Of a DNA stretch of 64,000 nucleotides, positions 1 to 12,597 are shown in pieces. The translations under genes and the position numbers were made by a program. The notes under the pieces were generated by a model. The model saw only the letters and a program-made list of their open reading frames with translations, was not told where the DNA came from and did not search any database. The DNA comes from Chrysomallon squamiferum. Its lineage: Eukaryota > Animalia > Mollusca. The stretch covers positions 21,080,001 to 21,144,000 of the forward strand of contig CM022667.1 of the NCBI GenBank assembly GCA_012295275.1, in the 5' to 3' direction. Every line of letters starts with the position of its first letter. Position 1 is the first letter of the stretch.

Positions 1-519
1 GTTTTTGGTGTAGGAATAAGCATTCTTGACATTTAAAAACATATTCTTATTTAATAACTTATATTTTATACAATTTGGAACAATATTTGTTTGCACCATC
101 ATACAAAAACATGTGACAAAATAAATATCGTATATTTATAATTACAATAATAAACGTTTATTTCAGGGCACTAATCTTGTTACAACTTGTAGCAATCTTA
201 TTTGTAGTTAAGAACCTGATAGTCTACTGCATCATTGCAGGCAAATTAATATTAATTATCTTTCATAAGAAATAGAGAATACGTCTAAAATACGCACGCA
301 CGCACACATACACACAGAGATATAAATATACCTATTGTCACACATATATCCTCTCTCACATCAATAAAACACTTATTCTAACACTTTTTTATTTCATTAT
401 TCTTTTTAAAATTTATTTAATTTTATTATTATTATTCTTTTTAAAATTTATTTTGAATTTTGTTTCTTGTTTTTTATTTTTATTTAGGCTATCAAAATTT
501 GGCCGTTGCTGTCGTCATT

Positions 520-1628
520 CTGGACATTTTGTTCCTTACAGGCAACTGTAAATATCAACTACTTTCTTAGGTTAGGGTTATGGTTAGGGTATCGGTTTGG
601 GTTAGAGTTATGGTTATGGTTATGATCAGGGTTAGTAGGTGTTAGCATTAGAATTAAGTTTTACGACGTATGATTAGGGCTAGAGATTCGGTTAGGGTTA
701 GGGTTATGGCAAGGGTAAGGGTTAGGCTTAGGGCTAGTGTTAGGTTTAGGGTTAGTGTTAGTGTTAAATTTAGGTTTATTATGAGTTTAATGATCATGCG
801 CAAAACAGTTTTACGATGAGAATTAGACATGGTATTAGTATAAGAATTAAGTTTAGTCCCTTACATTTACGTTTACAGTTAAATTAGGTTTAGGGCTTAG
901 GGTTAGGGTTATTTAAATTTTATTATCAGTGTTACGACAATGTGCAAAATAATTTTTGGGTTTTTGATTAGAAGCCGCCTTAGCGTCAGAATTAGATTTA
1001 GAAGTTGAGCTAGGGTTAGGGTTAGGCTCAGGTTTATGATAATGTGCAAACTAATTTAGGGTCAGGGTTAGAAATAGTTTTAGAATGAAGGTCAGACACT
1101 TTTTTAAGAGTCAGAGTTAGGGTTATCATCAGACTCATAATAACCTCCAAATAACCCTCACCCTAACCCTAACGTAACGTAAATTCGAGTAGTGACCCTC
1201 AAATTATTTTGCACATTATCATAATAAAATTTAAATAACCATAACTCTAACCGTTTCATTAGCTCAACTTCTATACCTAATCATACTGAAGTCACGAACA
1301 TTCATTCTTACCATAACGCTATTTCCAATCGTATTTTCACATAATCATAACACTCAAAATAGAATTTAAATAATCCTCACTCTAACCCTAACCCTAACCC
1401 AGACTCTATTCCTAACTCTAACCCTAAGCTTAATGAGGTAGTTAAACTTCACTCTAATCCTAACACTAGTACTAATAAACCCAGATTATCATTAGACTCA
1501 TAATAAACTTTAAATAACACTCACACTAAGACTAACACTAACCCTAACTCTGACCTTAGCTCAACTTCTAAATCTAATCATACTCGAGTCCTCAATATTA
1601 ATTGTTCCGGTAACAATTAAAATGTTCG
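520..1628. repeat. Fold-back element of degenerate TTAGGG/CCCTAA telomere-like repeats
   Basis: G-rich GGTTAG-like units at about 567-1125 switch to CTAACC-like units at about 1130-1580. Non-telomeric blocks also pair as inverted copies: 901-955 with 1201-1250, 991-1015 with 1551-1580, and 775-795 with 1487-1510. Confidence 0.75.
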
Positions 1629-1639
1629 TGGTGATGTTG

Positions 1640-4380
1640 TTAACTTCATTATTGCATTCATCAGTATTATCAATATTACTATTTTGATTATTATCGTAAA
1701 AATTATTACTGTTGTTACTATTAATTTATTTCATTTCATTTTAATTATTGTTTGAAAACCAAATATTTTTAGTTTTCAGTTTTTATTAATTTGTTCTTCA
1801 CTAAATGTACAGGCATCTCTGTTTACCATTTAAGTGATGTCCGTCCTTCTCCTGCACTATTCTTAAGCAGAAGATACATGTGTAGATTCTCCTCTTCATT
1901 TTCCTCTTCTCATCCTGAGAAAACAAACTGTAGAAATGTCAGTATTTCATTTGACAATCTATAAATCAAATAAAAGAAATAATTCCATCATTACAAGTGT
2001 TACCCTTTTTATTATCATCATCATTATAACACTTATTCACTTTGATGATGAAGATGTTCGCGGTGAAGTTGTTGTTCTTGTTGTTATTCATATTAATATT
2101 ATCATTTTCAGTACTTCTGCCTTTATTGTTTTTACTATTGTTGTTGTTATTATCATTTTATTTTATTTTATTTGATCTTATCTCACTTCTTTTAGTTACT
2201 TTTTATGAAGCCAATACTTTTATTTTTTATTAATCTTCTTCGAAAAATATACAGGCATTTCTCTTTACCATTCAGATGATGTCTCTCTCCTGCAGCACTC
2301 TTTCACCTTCTTCACCTATGGGACCTACGGATTATAAAGCAGAACATGCATGTGTAGACATCAGTATTAAGAGTCTGATGCCTACGTTAAAATGAATACA
2401 ATCCCACACAAATGCCGGCAAAACCCAAAAAATGAAAAACCCATTCCTGACTTCATCCATGTAATCCTGTCTTCATTTTCCTCGTCATCCTGTGAAAACA
2501 AATCCAAAAATTGTCAGTATTTCATTTAAAAAACATTGAAACAAATCCAAAATTAATTCCATCATTACTATTACTCTTATTATTACAATCATATTATTGT
2601 TCTTACATTCTCTTTTATGATGATGATGTTTTTAATTATCTTTAATACTGTCATTATCACTACTTTCACTATTGATATTATTTTTGTTAGTATTAATATT
2701 ACTATTAATTTGTTTCATTTTATTTTAATTCCTTTTGGTAAAAACTAAATATTTTTATTTTTCACTTTTTATTAATTTGTTCTCTACAAAATGTACAGGC
2801 ATCTCTGTTTACCATTTAGGTGATGTCCGTCCTTCTCCTGCACCATTCTTAAGCAGAAGATGCATGTGTAGATTCTCCTCTTCATTTTCCTCTTCTAAAC
2901 CTGAGAAAACAAACCGTAGAAATGTCAGTGTTTCATTTAACAAACTTTAAAACAAATCCAATAGTAATTCCATCATTACTAGTGTTAAATTCTTTACTTT
3001 CATCATCATGTTAATTGTCATTATTCCTTTTGATGATGATGTTAATATAATTGTTCTTGATAACTTTATTATTATGATTATCAGTAGTATAACTTTTATT
3101 ATTTTTATTAATATTAATTAATTTGTTTTATTTTAATTTCTTTTTTGCAAAAAACTAAATATTTTTAGTTTTCAGTTTTTATTAATTTGTTCTTCACTAA
3201 ATGTACAGGCATTTCTGTTTACCGTTTCGGTGATTTCCTTCTCCTGCACTATTCTTAAGCAGAAGATGCATGTGTAGATTCTCCTCTTCATTTTCCTCTT
3301 CTCATCCTGAGAAAACAAACTGTAGAAATGTCAGTATTTCATTTGACAAACTTTAAAAGAAATCCAATAGTAATTCCATCATTACCATCATCATGATAAT
3401 TCTTATTATTCGTTTTGATGATGTTGATGTCGATGATGTTGATGTCATTGTTGTTATTGATAACTTCATTATTTTCATCTTTAGCATTATCACTATTACT
3501 ATTTTGACTATTATTGTAAGAATTATTACTATTATTACTATTAATTTATTTCATTTTATTTTGATTATGTTTTGTAAAGCAAATATTTTTATTTTTCACT
3601 TTTTATTAACTTGTTCTTCACAAAATGTACAGGCATCTCTGTTTACCATTTAGATGACATCTTTCTCCTGCACCATTCTTAAGCAGAACTTGCATGTGTA
3701 GACATCAATATGCCTACGTTAAAATGTATACACTGCAACTGAAATGCCTGAAATCCAAGGAAAATGTCTTCATCTGTGTATTCCTGTCTTCATTTTCCTC
3801 TTATCATCCTGTGAAAATAAATCCAAAAAATGTCAGTATTTCATTTAACAAACACTGAAACAAATACAAAATTAATTCCATCATTACTAGTATTAGTTTA
3901 TTGTTATAATCATATTATTGTTCTTACATTCTCTTTGATGATGATGATGTTTTTAATTAACTTTAATAGTGTCATCATCACTACTATCACTATTAATATT
4001 ATTTTTATTAGTATTAATATTACTATTAATTTGTTTCATTTTATTTTAATTGCTTTTTGTAAAGCAAATATTTTTATTTTTCACTTTTTATGAATTTCTT
4101 CCTCTCAAAATGTACGGACATCTCTTTCTGCCAGTTGGGTGATGTGTTTCTCCTGCTGCATACTTACACATGTAGACATCAGTATTTCTACATTAAAATG
4201 GATACACTCAATCCCAAATGCCAGAAATCCAAGGAAAATGAGGCACCCATTGCTGACTTCATCTGTGGGTTGTGGTCTTCATTTTCCTCTTCTCATCCTA
4301 TGAAAAGAAGCCAAACAAATGTCAGTATTTCATTTAGCAAACATTAAAATAAAAGAAAATTAATTCCATTATTGCTTGTT
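1640..4380 (-). repeat. Tandem array of six ~400-600 bp units, each carrying an exon-like cassette
   Basis: The core 'tgtacaggcatctctgtttaccat...cttcattttcctcttctcatcctg...aatgtcagtatttcattt' recurs six times. Minus-strand acceptors put exon starts at 1914, 2489, 2900, 3306, 3808 and 4297. Confidence 0.85.
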
Positions 4381-4699
4381 TTACTTGTTATTCTGTTAAT
4401 TGAAATGATGGTGATGTTGTAGTTTTTACTGTTGTTACTTTATGATTTGTGACTGTATGGATTATTATCATCATCATCATCATCCTCTTTATAGCATTTC
4501 CTCCTGAAGATTTAAAGTATGGTGATCCTGAGTAGTATTTGAATAATGTGTGTTGGTATATATTCAGTGTTGTTTAATCACTGTTCATTCAAAAAAAATA
4601 AAAAAAAATAAAAAAGAAACATTCTTTTTTTGTATCTTATAAATATAATTATACAAATTTTTACAAGAACAATTTGAGATTAGAGATAACTTATTTTTA

Positions 4700-6312
4700 T
4701 GACTTTCGTGCTTACATTTATTTATTTTACTTTAAATAAGTTTTAACTGCTTCATAGTTAAATGTTTATTTCAGAACATTGGTTTTTTGTTTCTGTACTG
4801 GTTCTTGTAGAAACCAACATCCTCTCCACTAAATTATCAGCTACAATCTTGCAGTTTTCCAATTCAGCATTTCCTACTGGTAATTTAGTCTTCACTCTGA
4901 AAAATGACGAAACATTGTATAAAACTTTAGATATCAGATAATAAATACAATTAAAAGAAAATTTAATTTTGAACTCTAGATATCAACAACCAATTCTGAA
5001 AATTTAAACAAACTTTCATTTACTTTTTGCTACATGTTTTTCACATTATTGTTACTATTACTTTTTTTTTTTTTTTTTCATTTAGTCTTATGTAACTATA
5101 AATCCAAAATTGCTGATTCTGCAAAGGTATGTTTTCATTTCACAGATGTTAGAAAGCTAATCTGAGATGTGTACTATAATTGTGAGAAAATAACGTATTA
5201 TTTTACTTTGTTACAAATCTTTTGGTTTTTTATTTTTTTTAATGTTTTAGATTTTTATATCTCATTGCAAAATATTTATTATTTTATTTCACAAACTCTT
5301 ATAATTTTAATGTTCTATTTCTTTACATATTCTATGTGACTTGAATTAAAAAATACTTTAATCCAAATATATACATGTTGATAATCCTGTGAAAAATTTA
5401 TCAAAAATGTAAATAATAATTTAGTATGAATATATTTAGTTCTTAACTTGATGTAAAAAACTGTATTTGCTTTACTCTTACTAATTATTACTGTTGTCAT
5501 CATTGTTGTTGTTGTTATTCTTTTTAACATTGTTATTATTATTATTATTAGTATTACTAGTATTATTTGTTGTTGTTCTTGTTCTTAGTATTACTACTGT
5601 TTAACTGTTTCTGATGTTCTGTTTTAAAGAAAGTCCAACTGAAGAGAGCAGGAAATTTCACAAAGCAGGCAATAAGAAATAAATTTCATGAAAACAATGA
5701 ATGGATAAACAGCAGACCTGTTACTAACATCCACTGATATAACAACTAGTTATGTTTAATTACTCCATGGATTTGGGGCAAGTCTGTTAAAGATATTGGG
5801 AGCAGCCAGCCTCTAACATGTCTGCCATATTTTCAAGTCACATTTATCAGTAACAGTCTTTTAAACATTACAGCAGTGTAATATTAGTAACAGGTCTTAC
5901 TGATTCACAGAAATATCAATAATATCACAGGCAGAGTAATATTTATTGATATCTTTCCCATTTACATAACTTATAATTTCATTATGTACCTGCTTGTCAC
6001 ATCTCCTTTTCTTGAGCTGACTATAACATTATATTTTATTTTACAGAATGAGAAAGGACTGGTTCAATCTTTTCTATAAAGACATTTTTAGTAAGCTGAA
6101 TATTATCATGAATAACACTACATAAAATTTTCACTTTTATATTTACCTATTTTCATTTTTCATTCTTTCACAGGATTATGAAACAAGTTTTAAATTAAAC
6201 ATGAAAAGCTAGTAAGTAACTCTTATTCCAATAAACAAAGAAAAACATTCATTCTAAACTAATTTTAAAGATATTCAAAACAACTGTTATTTATTTATTT
6301 ATTTATAATTTT

Positions 6313-6350
<38 letters not shown>

Positions 6351-8650
6351 TGTGAAAGGCATGTAAATTAAGTTATCCAAATTATTTTTATGTTGCTGAA
6401 ATATCTTTGACATTTTTTTATCCTATTTTCATTATGTGCCTGCAAAAATAAAGAAATTCAAACTTATTTCAAAAATCCTACTACACATTTCCTAATTGCA
6501 TTAAACTGTATTATTGATTATACAATTCCTAAGTTATATTCAGATGGAAATGTGAAGAAATTCTTTACTGTGTCTTGTGTTATTGTGTGTTTGCATGTTT
6601 TGTGTCATTTAAGAGTGCAGTGTATGTGTTTTGTATGATACATTTATTTATGTTTATCTGGTTTGTGTGTGGGAAACTTGTGTGTTGTATGCGCAACACA
6701 TAACAGAAATAGCACAAACACAAAACACACTGAGCTATCTTGTGCTGTGCATGTCAGATTTGTGTCTGGTGTCTGTGTGCGTGTATGTTTCTATATCTCT
6801 CCATATTTTGTGGGTATGTGTGTTATTTTTTCTGTATGTTTCTGTACGTGTATGTGGCTCATTGGTTTGTGTGGTTTTAAGTACTCTATATTTACATTTA
6901 GTCAGGTTTAATCACTATTAATAAAATAAATTAATTTTGTTTGTGACTATACAAGTTTTTTAAGTATACAGTTTGAGTTTATAGATGAGTCATTTTTATA
7001 AATTTCTTTCCTTTCATTCATTTTAATTTATATAAGTTTTCTCTGAATCATTACTTAACTTGGGTAACAAAAGAAATCCAATCCTCTCCACTAAATCACC
7101 AGTTGCAGTCTTCCAGTTTTCCAAGACACCATTTCCTCCGTTTAAATGAGGATTTACATGTGACTATGAAAAAAGAACAAACAGTGTATGAAAGTTTAGA
7201 TATGTGATAATAAATATTAATAAAAGAAAATTTAATTTCATACTTAACGTAACCAATTTAATATGTTTTACAAGAACCAGTTCTTAATAATTTTGTATAT
7301 ATTTAGTTGTTTGTAGACATTTTCATTATTATTATCATCATTATTACTACTGTTATTATTGATGTTGTTGTTTTAAGTAATTAAAAATCCAAAATTGTTG
7401 ATATTTTTGCCAAGGCATCCTTGTAATATTTTTGTCACATCTGAAAACTGCTAAGCTTTCATTTCCAGATGATGTTCTTCGTCTGCTAAATAAAGAACAT
7501 AGCATTATGAATAAAACAAATCCCAAGAAGTATTTTATAACTCTCACAAATTAATTTTCACTATTTGTTACTTTTTATTTTTTATTTAATTTTTACTATT
7601 TAGATTTTGAAATTAACTGAGATATAATTATTATTTGTTTTATTTCAAAACATTTTTAATTTTTTGACATTCAATTTCTTTACAGGCAGTTTACTTGAAT
7701 TTAAAAAAAAATTATTCCAATTATTTACATGCTGATAATTCTGTGAAAGATTTAATTAAGTGCAAATAATAATTTAAGTAAATTTATATTTAAAAACATA
7801 TTTAAAGTAATAATAATAATAATAATAAAAAATTTCATAATGTACAAGACAGATTCAGTTGCTACAGTTTATTTTCTAAATCTCTGCTCTCCTTTAAATA
7901 ATTAGATATAATAATCAAGCTGGATAAATCTAAATCTACTAATTACTACAAATTAAACATATTTTTTTAAATCTTAGTGATTTTAGATGAAAGGAATGTT
8001 ATGTATCAGACCAGCTCAAAACAATGATATTTGATGATGGATTGTAATGAATGATATAAAAAATCTTAGTATTAAGAGGTTTGAACATGTTCCTCATTTT
8101 TTTCTTTTTTTTTTTTTTAACTTTTTAAACAGATATCCATTCCAAGAAAAAGGAAATTTGACAAAGCAGGAAATGAAAGAAATTAACTTTATGAATGGAT
8201 AAACAGCAGACCTGATACTAACATCCACTGATATAACAACTAGTTATGTTTAATTACTCCATGGATTTGGGGCAAGTCTGTTAAAGATATTGGGAGCAGC
8301 CAGCCTCTAACATGTCTGCCATATTTTCAAGTCACATTTATTAGTATCAGTCTTTTAAAGATTACAGCAGTGTAATATTAGTAACAGGTCTTACTGATTC
8401 TCAGAAATATCAATAATATCACAGGCAGAGCAATATTTATTATCTTTCCCATTTACATAACTTTTCAAACAAAACATACAAGAATAAAAGTCTTTTACAA
8501 GTTACAGTGGTGTAATATCAGTAACAAGTCTGACTGAAATATCAATAATATCACAGGCAGAGCAAATTATTTATGTCTTATCGATTTATACCACTTTTAA
8601 AATTTTAAAATATTTAATTTCATAATATCCCTGCTTGTCATTTCTCCTTT
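4700..8650. repeat. Local duplication (about 4700-6010 vs about 6950-8650)
   Basis: 5700-5970 is nearly identical to 8194-8460 (atggataaacagcagacctg...). Diverged matches at 4815-4990/7080-7250 and 5300-5430/7660-7790. Confidence 0.8.
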
Positions 8651-9016
8651 CCAGCAGCCGGAATTAAATGTGTTGCTTTTGAAATTATGATAGAAAGAAA
8701 GTGTTAATAAAAATTAAATAAATTGTAACTAATAATACAGCTGTTTAATCTATTTTTAAGTACTTTCCTGTATTATAAATAAATGCAACTGTAGTTTTAA
8801 AGCAATAAGTAATTTAGCTCAGTCTGGTTTGAGGTTTTGCCTCAGCTGTTTCATAGCTGGTGTACTTTTAATCTTAATTAATCTGACGAAATATTTAAAA
8901 GAAAATAAGTTCATTAATTACACCACTTATTTAGATTTAAGACAGCTATCAGTACTTATCTCAAATGAACGCTGTTGTTATATGTTTTTTTATTATTGTT
9001 ATTGTTATTATTATTA

Positions 9017-9065
<49 letters not shown>

Positions 9066-9678
9066 TTTTCATTAAATGACCTCTGTCACTTTTGTTTATG
9101 TACTTATCTTATTTTGGTTTATCTGCGTTTTTTTCTTCCTTCTTGTGAAAACGTCTGCTGGTTTATGGAAGAATCTTCATTCTAGAATTCATAGTGAAAT
9201 GAAAACAAATTATCTTTTGTAAGTCAAATGCAATGATACAGAGAATGTTGATATCTGGGTTTACTTTGTTGAGGTTGAGTGAATCCAAAAAGTTTCAGTC
9301 CCATTCAACTGACGAATTCTTGTCCTGACTGACTGTCCTGACTGTAAAACAATTCATGTTATTTTCAGTGAATGCGTCGTCACGCTTCTCACGTGCTACA
9401 ACATATCACTGTGGATTCGTAATATAATAAAATACCATCAGAGGAAAGCTAGTTAAAGCATTAATTATAAAGAACACACCAGGCTGTCACCAAAATACCC
9501 AGAAACGTCTTGATAATAATAATAAGAGTTTTATGCTCAAGAGTTATTAAAATGTTAGTAAAAATTAAATTCCTCCCTACTTCCCATAGCACTATAGTTA
9601 AGCTTTCCTGGTTATATCAAAAATACTTTGTGTCTCAAGAATTTTATATGCAGCAGAAATTGTTCATTTTATGCGAAC

Positions 9679-10749
9679 ACAACAACCTGATACTCTGTAC
9701 TAGTGATGCCCAGAACATTGATAGACAATGTGTACTGCTGTTGTAGTGGTAAAGCACTAGGGATACCCATATTTATCATTGACTACATGTCTGCTGTTGT
9801 TGTAGTGGAAAACACTACGGATACCCATATTTATCGTTGTCAGACATACACTGCATGTCTGCTGTTGTGGTAGTGGTAAAACACCAGGGAGGCCCATATT
9901 TATCATTGTGAGACATTGACTATATGTCTGGTGTTGTTGTAGTGGTAAAACACTAGGGATACCCATATTTATCATTGTGAGATATTGACCGCATGTCTGC
10001 TGTTGTTGTAGTGGTAAAACACTAGGGATACCCATATTTATCATTGTGAGACATTGACCGTATGTCTGGTGTTGTTGTGTAGTGGTAAAACACTAGGGAT
10101 GATATTTATCATTGTTATGTCTGGTGTTGTTGTAGTGGTAAAACACTAGGGATACCCATATTTATCATTGTGAGACATTGACCGTATGTCTGGTGTTGTT
10201 GTAGTGGTAAAACACTAGGGATACCCATATTTATCATTGTGAGACATTGACCGCATGTCTGGTGTTGTTGTAGTGGTAAAACACTAGGGATACCCATATT
10301 TATCATTGTGAGACATTGACTGCATGTCTGGTGTTGTTGTAGTGCCCATTTTCTTTTTTGGTGACCATTTTACCTGACACCTCATTTCACATCATCATGC
10401 AGTGTAATAGGTAATAGACATGAACAAGAGAAATAACTATTTTTTAATAGTAAGCCTGCAAGAGTTATCGCCTATATGCTACATAAATGAATTATAATGG
10501 ATACCCATATTTATTGTTGTCAGACATCCCCTACATGTCTGCTGTTGTTGTAGTGGAAAACATTAGGAATCAGGTAAAATGGGCACCAAAAAAGAAAACG
10601 GGCACTACAACAACAGCAGACATAAAGTCAATGTCTCACAATGATAAATATGGGTATCCCTGGTGTTTTACCACTACAACAGCAGCACACACTGTCTAAC
10701 AATGTTTTGGGTATCGCTAGTGCAGAGTATCAGGTTGTTGTGTTCGCAT
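9679..10749. repeat. Long inverted repeat enclosing the 69-bp array
   Basis: 9679-9781 is the reverse complement of about 10639-10749. 10325-10377 is the reverse complement of 10570-10623. Confidence 0.9.
9735..10345. repeat. 69-bp minisatellite, about 9 copies
   Basis: Unit gtctggtgttgttgtagtggtaaaacactagggatacccatatttatcattgtgagacattgaccgtat. The gggataccc anchor recurs at 69-bp spacing (9887, 9956, 10025; 10149, 10218, 10287), with some shortened units. Confidence 0.95.
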
Positions 10750-11437
10750 TCACTCAACTTGGTTATCTGTCATGCCTGCAAAATTGCATAAATTGCAAAC
10801 ATGATGGATTCTTGTTGAGAATTATTCATTTTCTTCAACAATTCTCCAAAGTAACAAAAGTTCTTTGAAAAGATCATTGAGAACTTGGCCCTGAATTAAA
10901 AGAAACCCAAGTTGAAGAATACGTGCAAAACATGCACTCTATGACTTGTATGAGTTTATTGTAATAACCCTGAATGAGATATACAAAGCTTCATCTAACG
11001 AAATTCTATGTACCCAAACAAGCCATTATGGAAGTGGGATTCTTCAACAAAGGCTGAAGTAAATGGCCTCCGACACATCTGTGTAGACTTACAGAAGTTT
11101 ACTTTGGATTCCTGAAAATTTAACTTGATAACAGTATGGATACTGGAAAGGTTCTGTATTAGATGCCTATTCCATCAGCATTTAAGAGCAAACTTTTGAG
11201 ATGGAAGAATTATTGCAAGTGACGAGTGAGCTTCTGAAGTTTCTTACTGTACACAGGCAGAGAATTCTTTCACCTGCCTCAGATGAAAACACACATGGTT
11301 TCACACCAACAGATAGACTAGCTGATCTGGCTATTATTGCAATGCATAGATTTTCTAGTACAGTGAGCACAAAGCAGATTTTGACAGTTTTGTGCCTTTG
11401 CACCATGTCACATGCAGTCCAGGTCCTTACTGCCTGA
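10730..11437 (+). mobile_element. Degraded hAT-superfamily transposase remnant
   Basis: Translation CSHSLNLVICHACKI*...ELFIFFNNSPK*QKFFEKIIE...KLKNTCKT matches the hAT HCxxHxLNL and FFxxSPKR region. DRLADLAIIAMH (in ORF 11201-11437) matches the hAT C-terminal dimerisation motif. Multiple stops and deletions. Confidence 0.75.
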
Positions 11438-12597
11438 CTAATTAATGAAACTTCTGCACTTAGTGTTCTCATTTATTCTTCTTTTATTACTTTTGCCAGA
11501 TAAATCATGTTCACATACTGACCAATGTTTTACAGTGACTAAACTGAATATTCCCTATGTTTGGCTAGAAATTCTGAAACCTAGTAAGTTTTCTCATATC
11601 AAATATTTTATTACTTTAATCAAGAGGATATTATAATCTTTATGGTTAACAAATATTCTCCAAATCTGCAATACAAATATGAAGATATCTGAATTATTCT
11701 ACAAATCTGCCATACAAAAATGAAGATGCCTTCATTTATTCTAGAAATCTGCCATGTAAACATGAAGTTTCTGAATACTGTTAAATTTAAAAAAAATATT
11801 TCTTCTTATTATTATTTTTTTCTCCTTGAGCTACTTAAAATTTAACAGCAAATAATCTTTTATCCCTGTAAACAATATCACATATTCTTATATAAAGTTG
11901 ATATGCCAGAGCATATTGGCCCAATGAAAAAAAAACTTGTTGTATAAAAAGGGAGATTCATCAGTGAAACCAAAAGAAGTCAAAAAATTTATTAAATGTT
12001 TTGATAGTTTAGTATTTAGTGACAGCTGGGGATAAAATGAAACAATTAAAAACATTTTAATGGGTTTATTTATTAAACATTAGAGATATCTTTTTAATTT
12101 GATTATAAAACACATTAACATCAGGTATCAATATTCATAATTTTATGGAAGTGAACAGAGAAAATGAATCAGTTCATTCTGTATTATTTTAACAACTGAG
12201 AGTTAAAAACATAAACAAATATTAATGTTAAATTTATTATTAAGTACATCAATACAATATTTTAAGCAACCACCCCCAAAAGTCAAAAACAGCTGTATCA
12301 GGTGTCTATATTACATAACTTAATATCAGAGTTATTTGCAAAAGTTACGTTACTCCAAGATCATCAGTTGTGGATAAATTTTATCTTGAAAGACATTAAA
12401 GTGAATTAAAAAAAAAAAAAAAAGTTTTTCTAACACATTTTGATTTGATAGTGAAAGACATGATTTATTTTTTATTATAAGCTTTATAATTTATTTAAGT
12501 TGGACTGATGAAAAAAACAAACACAACAGCAAATAAAAATAGCTAAAAAAAAAAAAAAATACTGAAGTGCCAATACACTAATTATATTCTGTCCTAC

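Noticed and set aside
1936-9017. Short Ile/Phe/Leu-rich 'membrane protein' ORFs
   Set aside because: They derive from (ATT/TTA/GTT)n low-complexity intron-like DNA. The same applies to similar ORFs at 21.6-22.5 kb, 27.5 kb, 35.3 kb and 36.9 kb.
9735-10345. Possible CRISPR array, or 23-aa repeat protein (MINMGIPSVLPLQQ...)
   Set aside because: There are no unique spacers and no cas genes. The unit length is a multiple of 3, so repeat ORFs arise trivially, and indel units break them.
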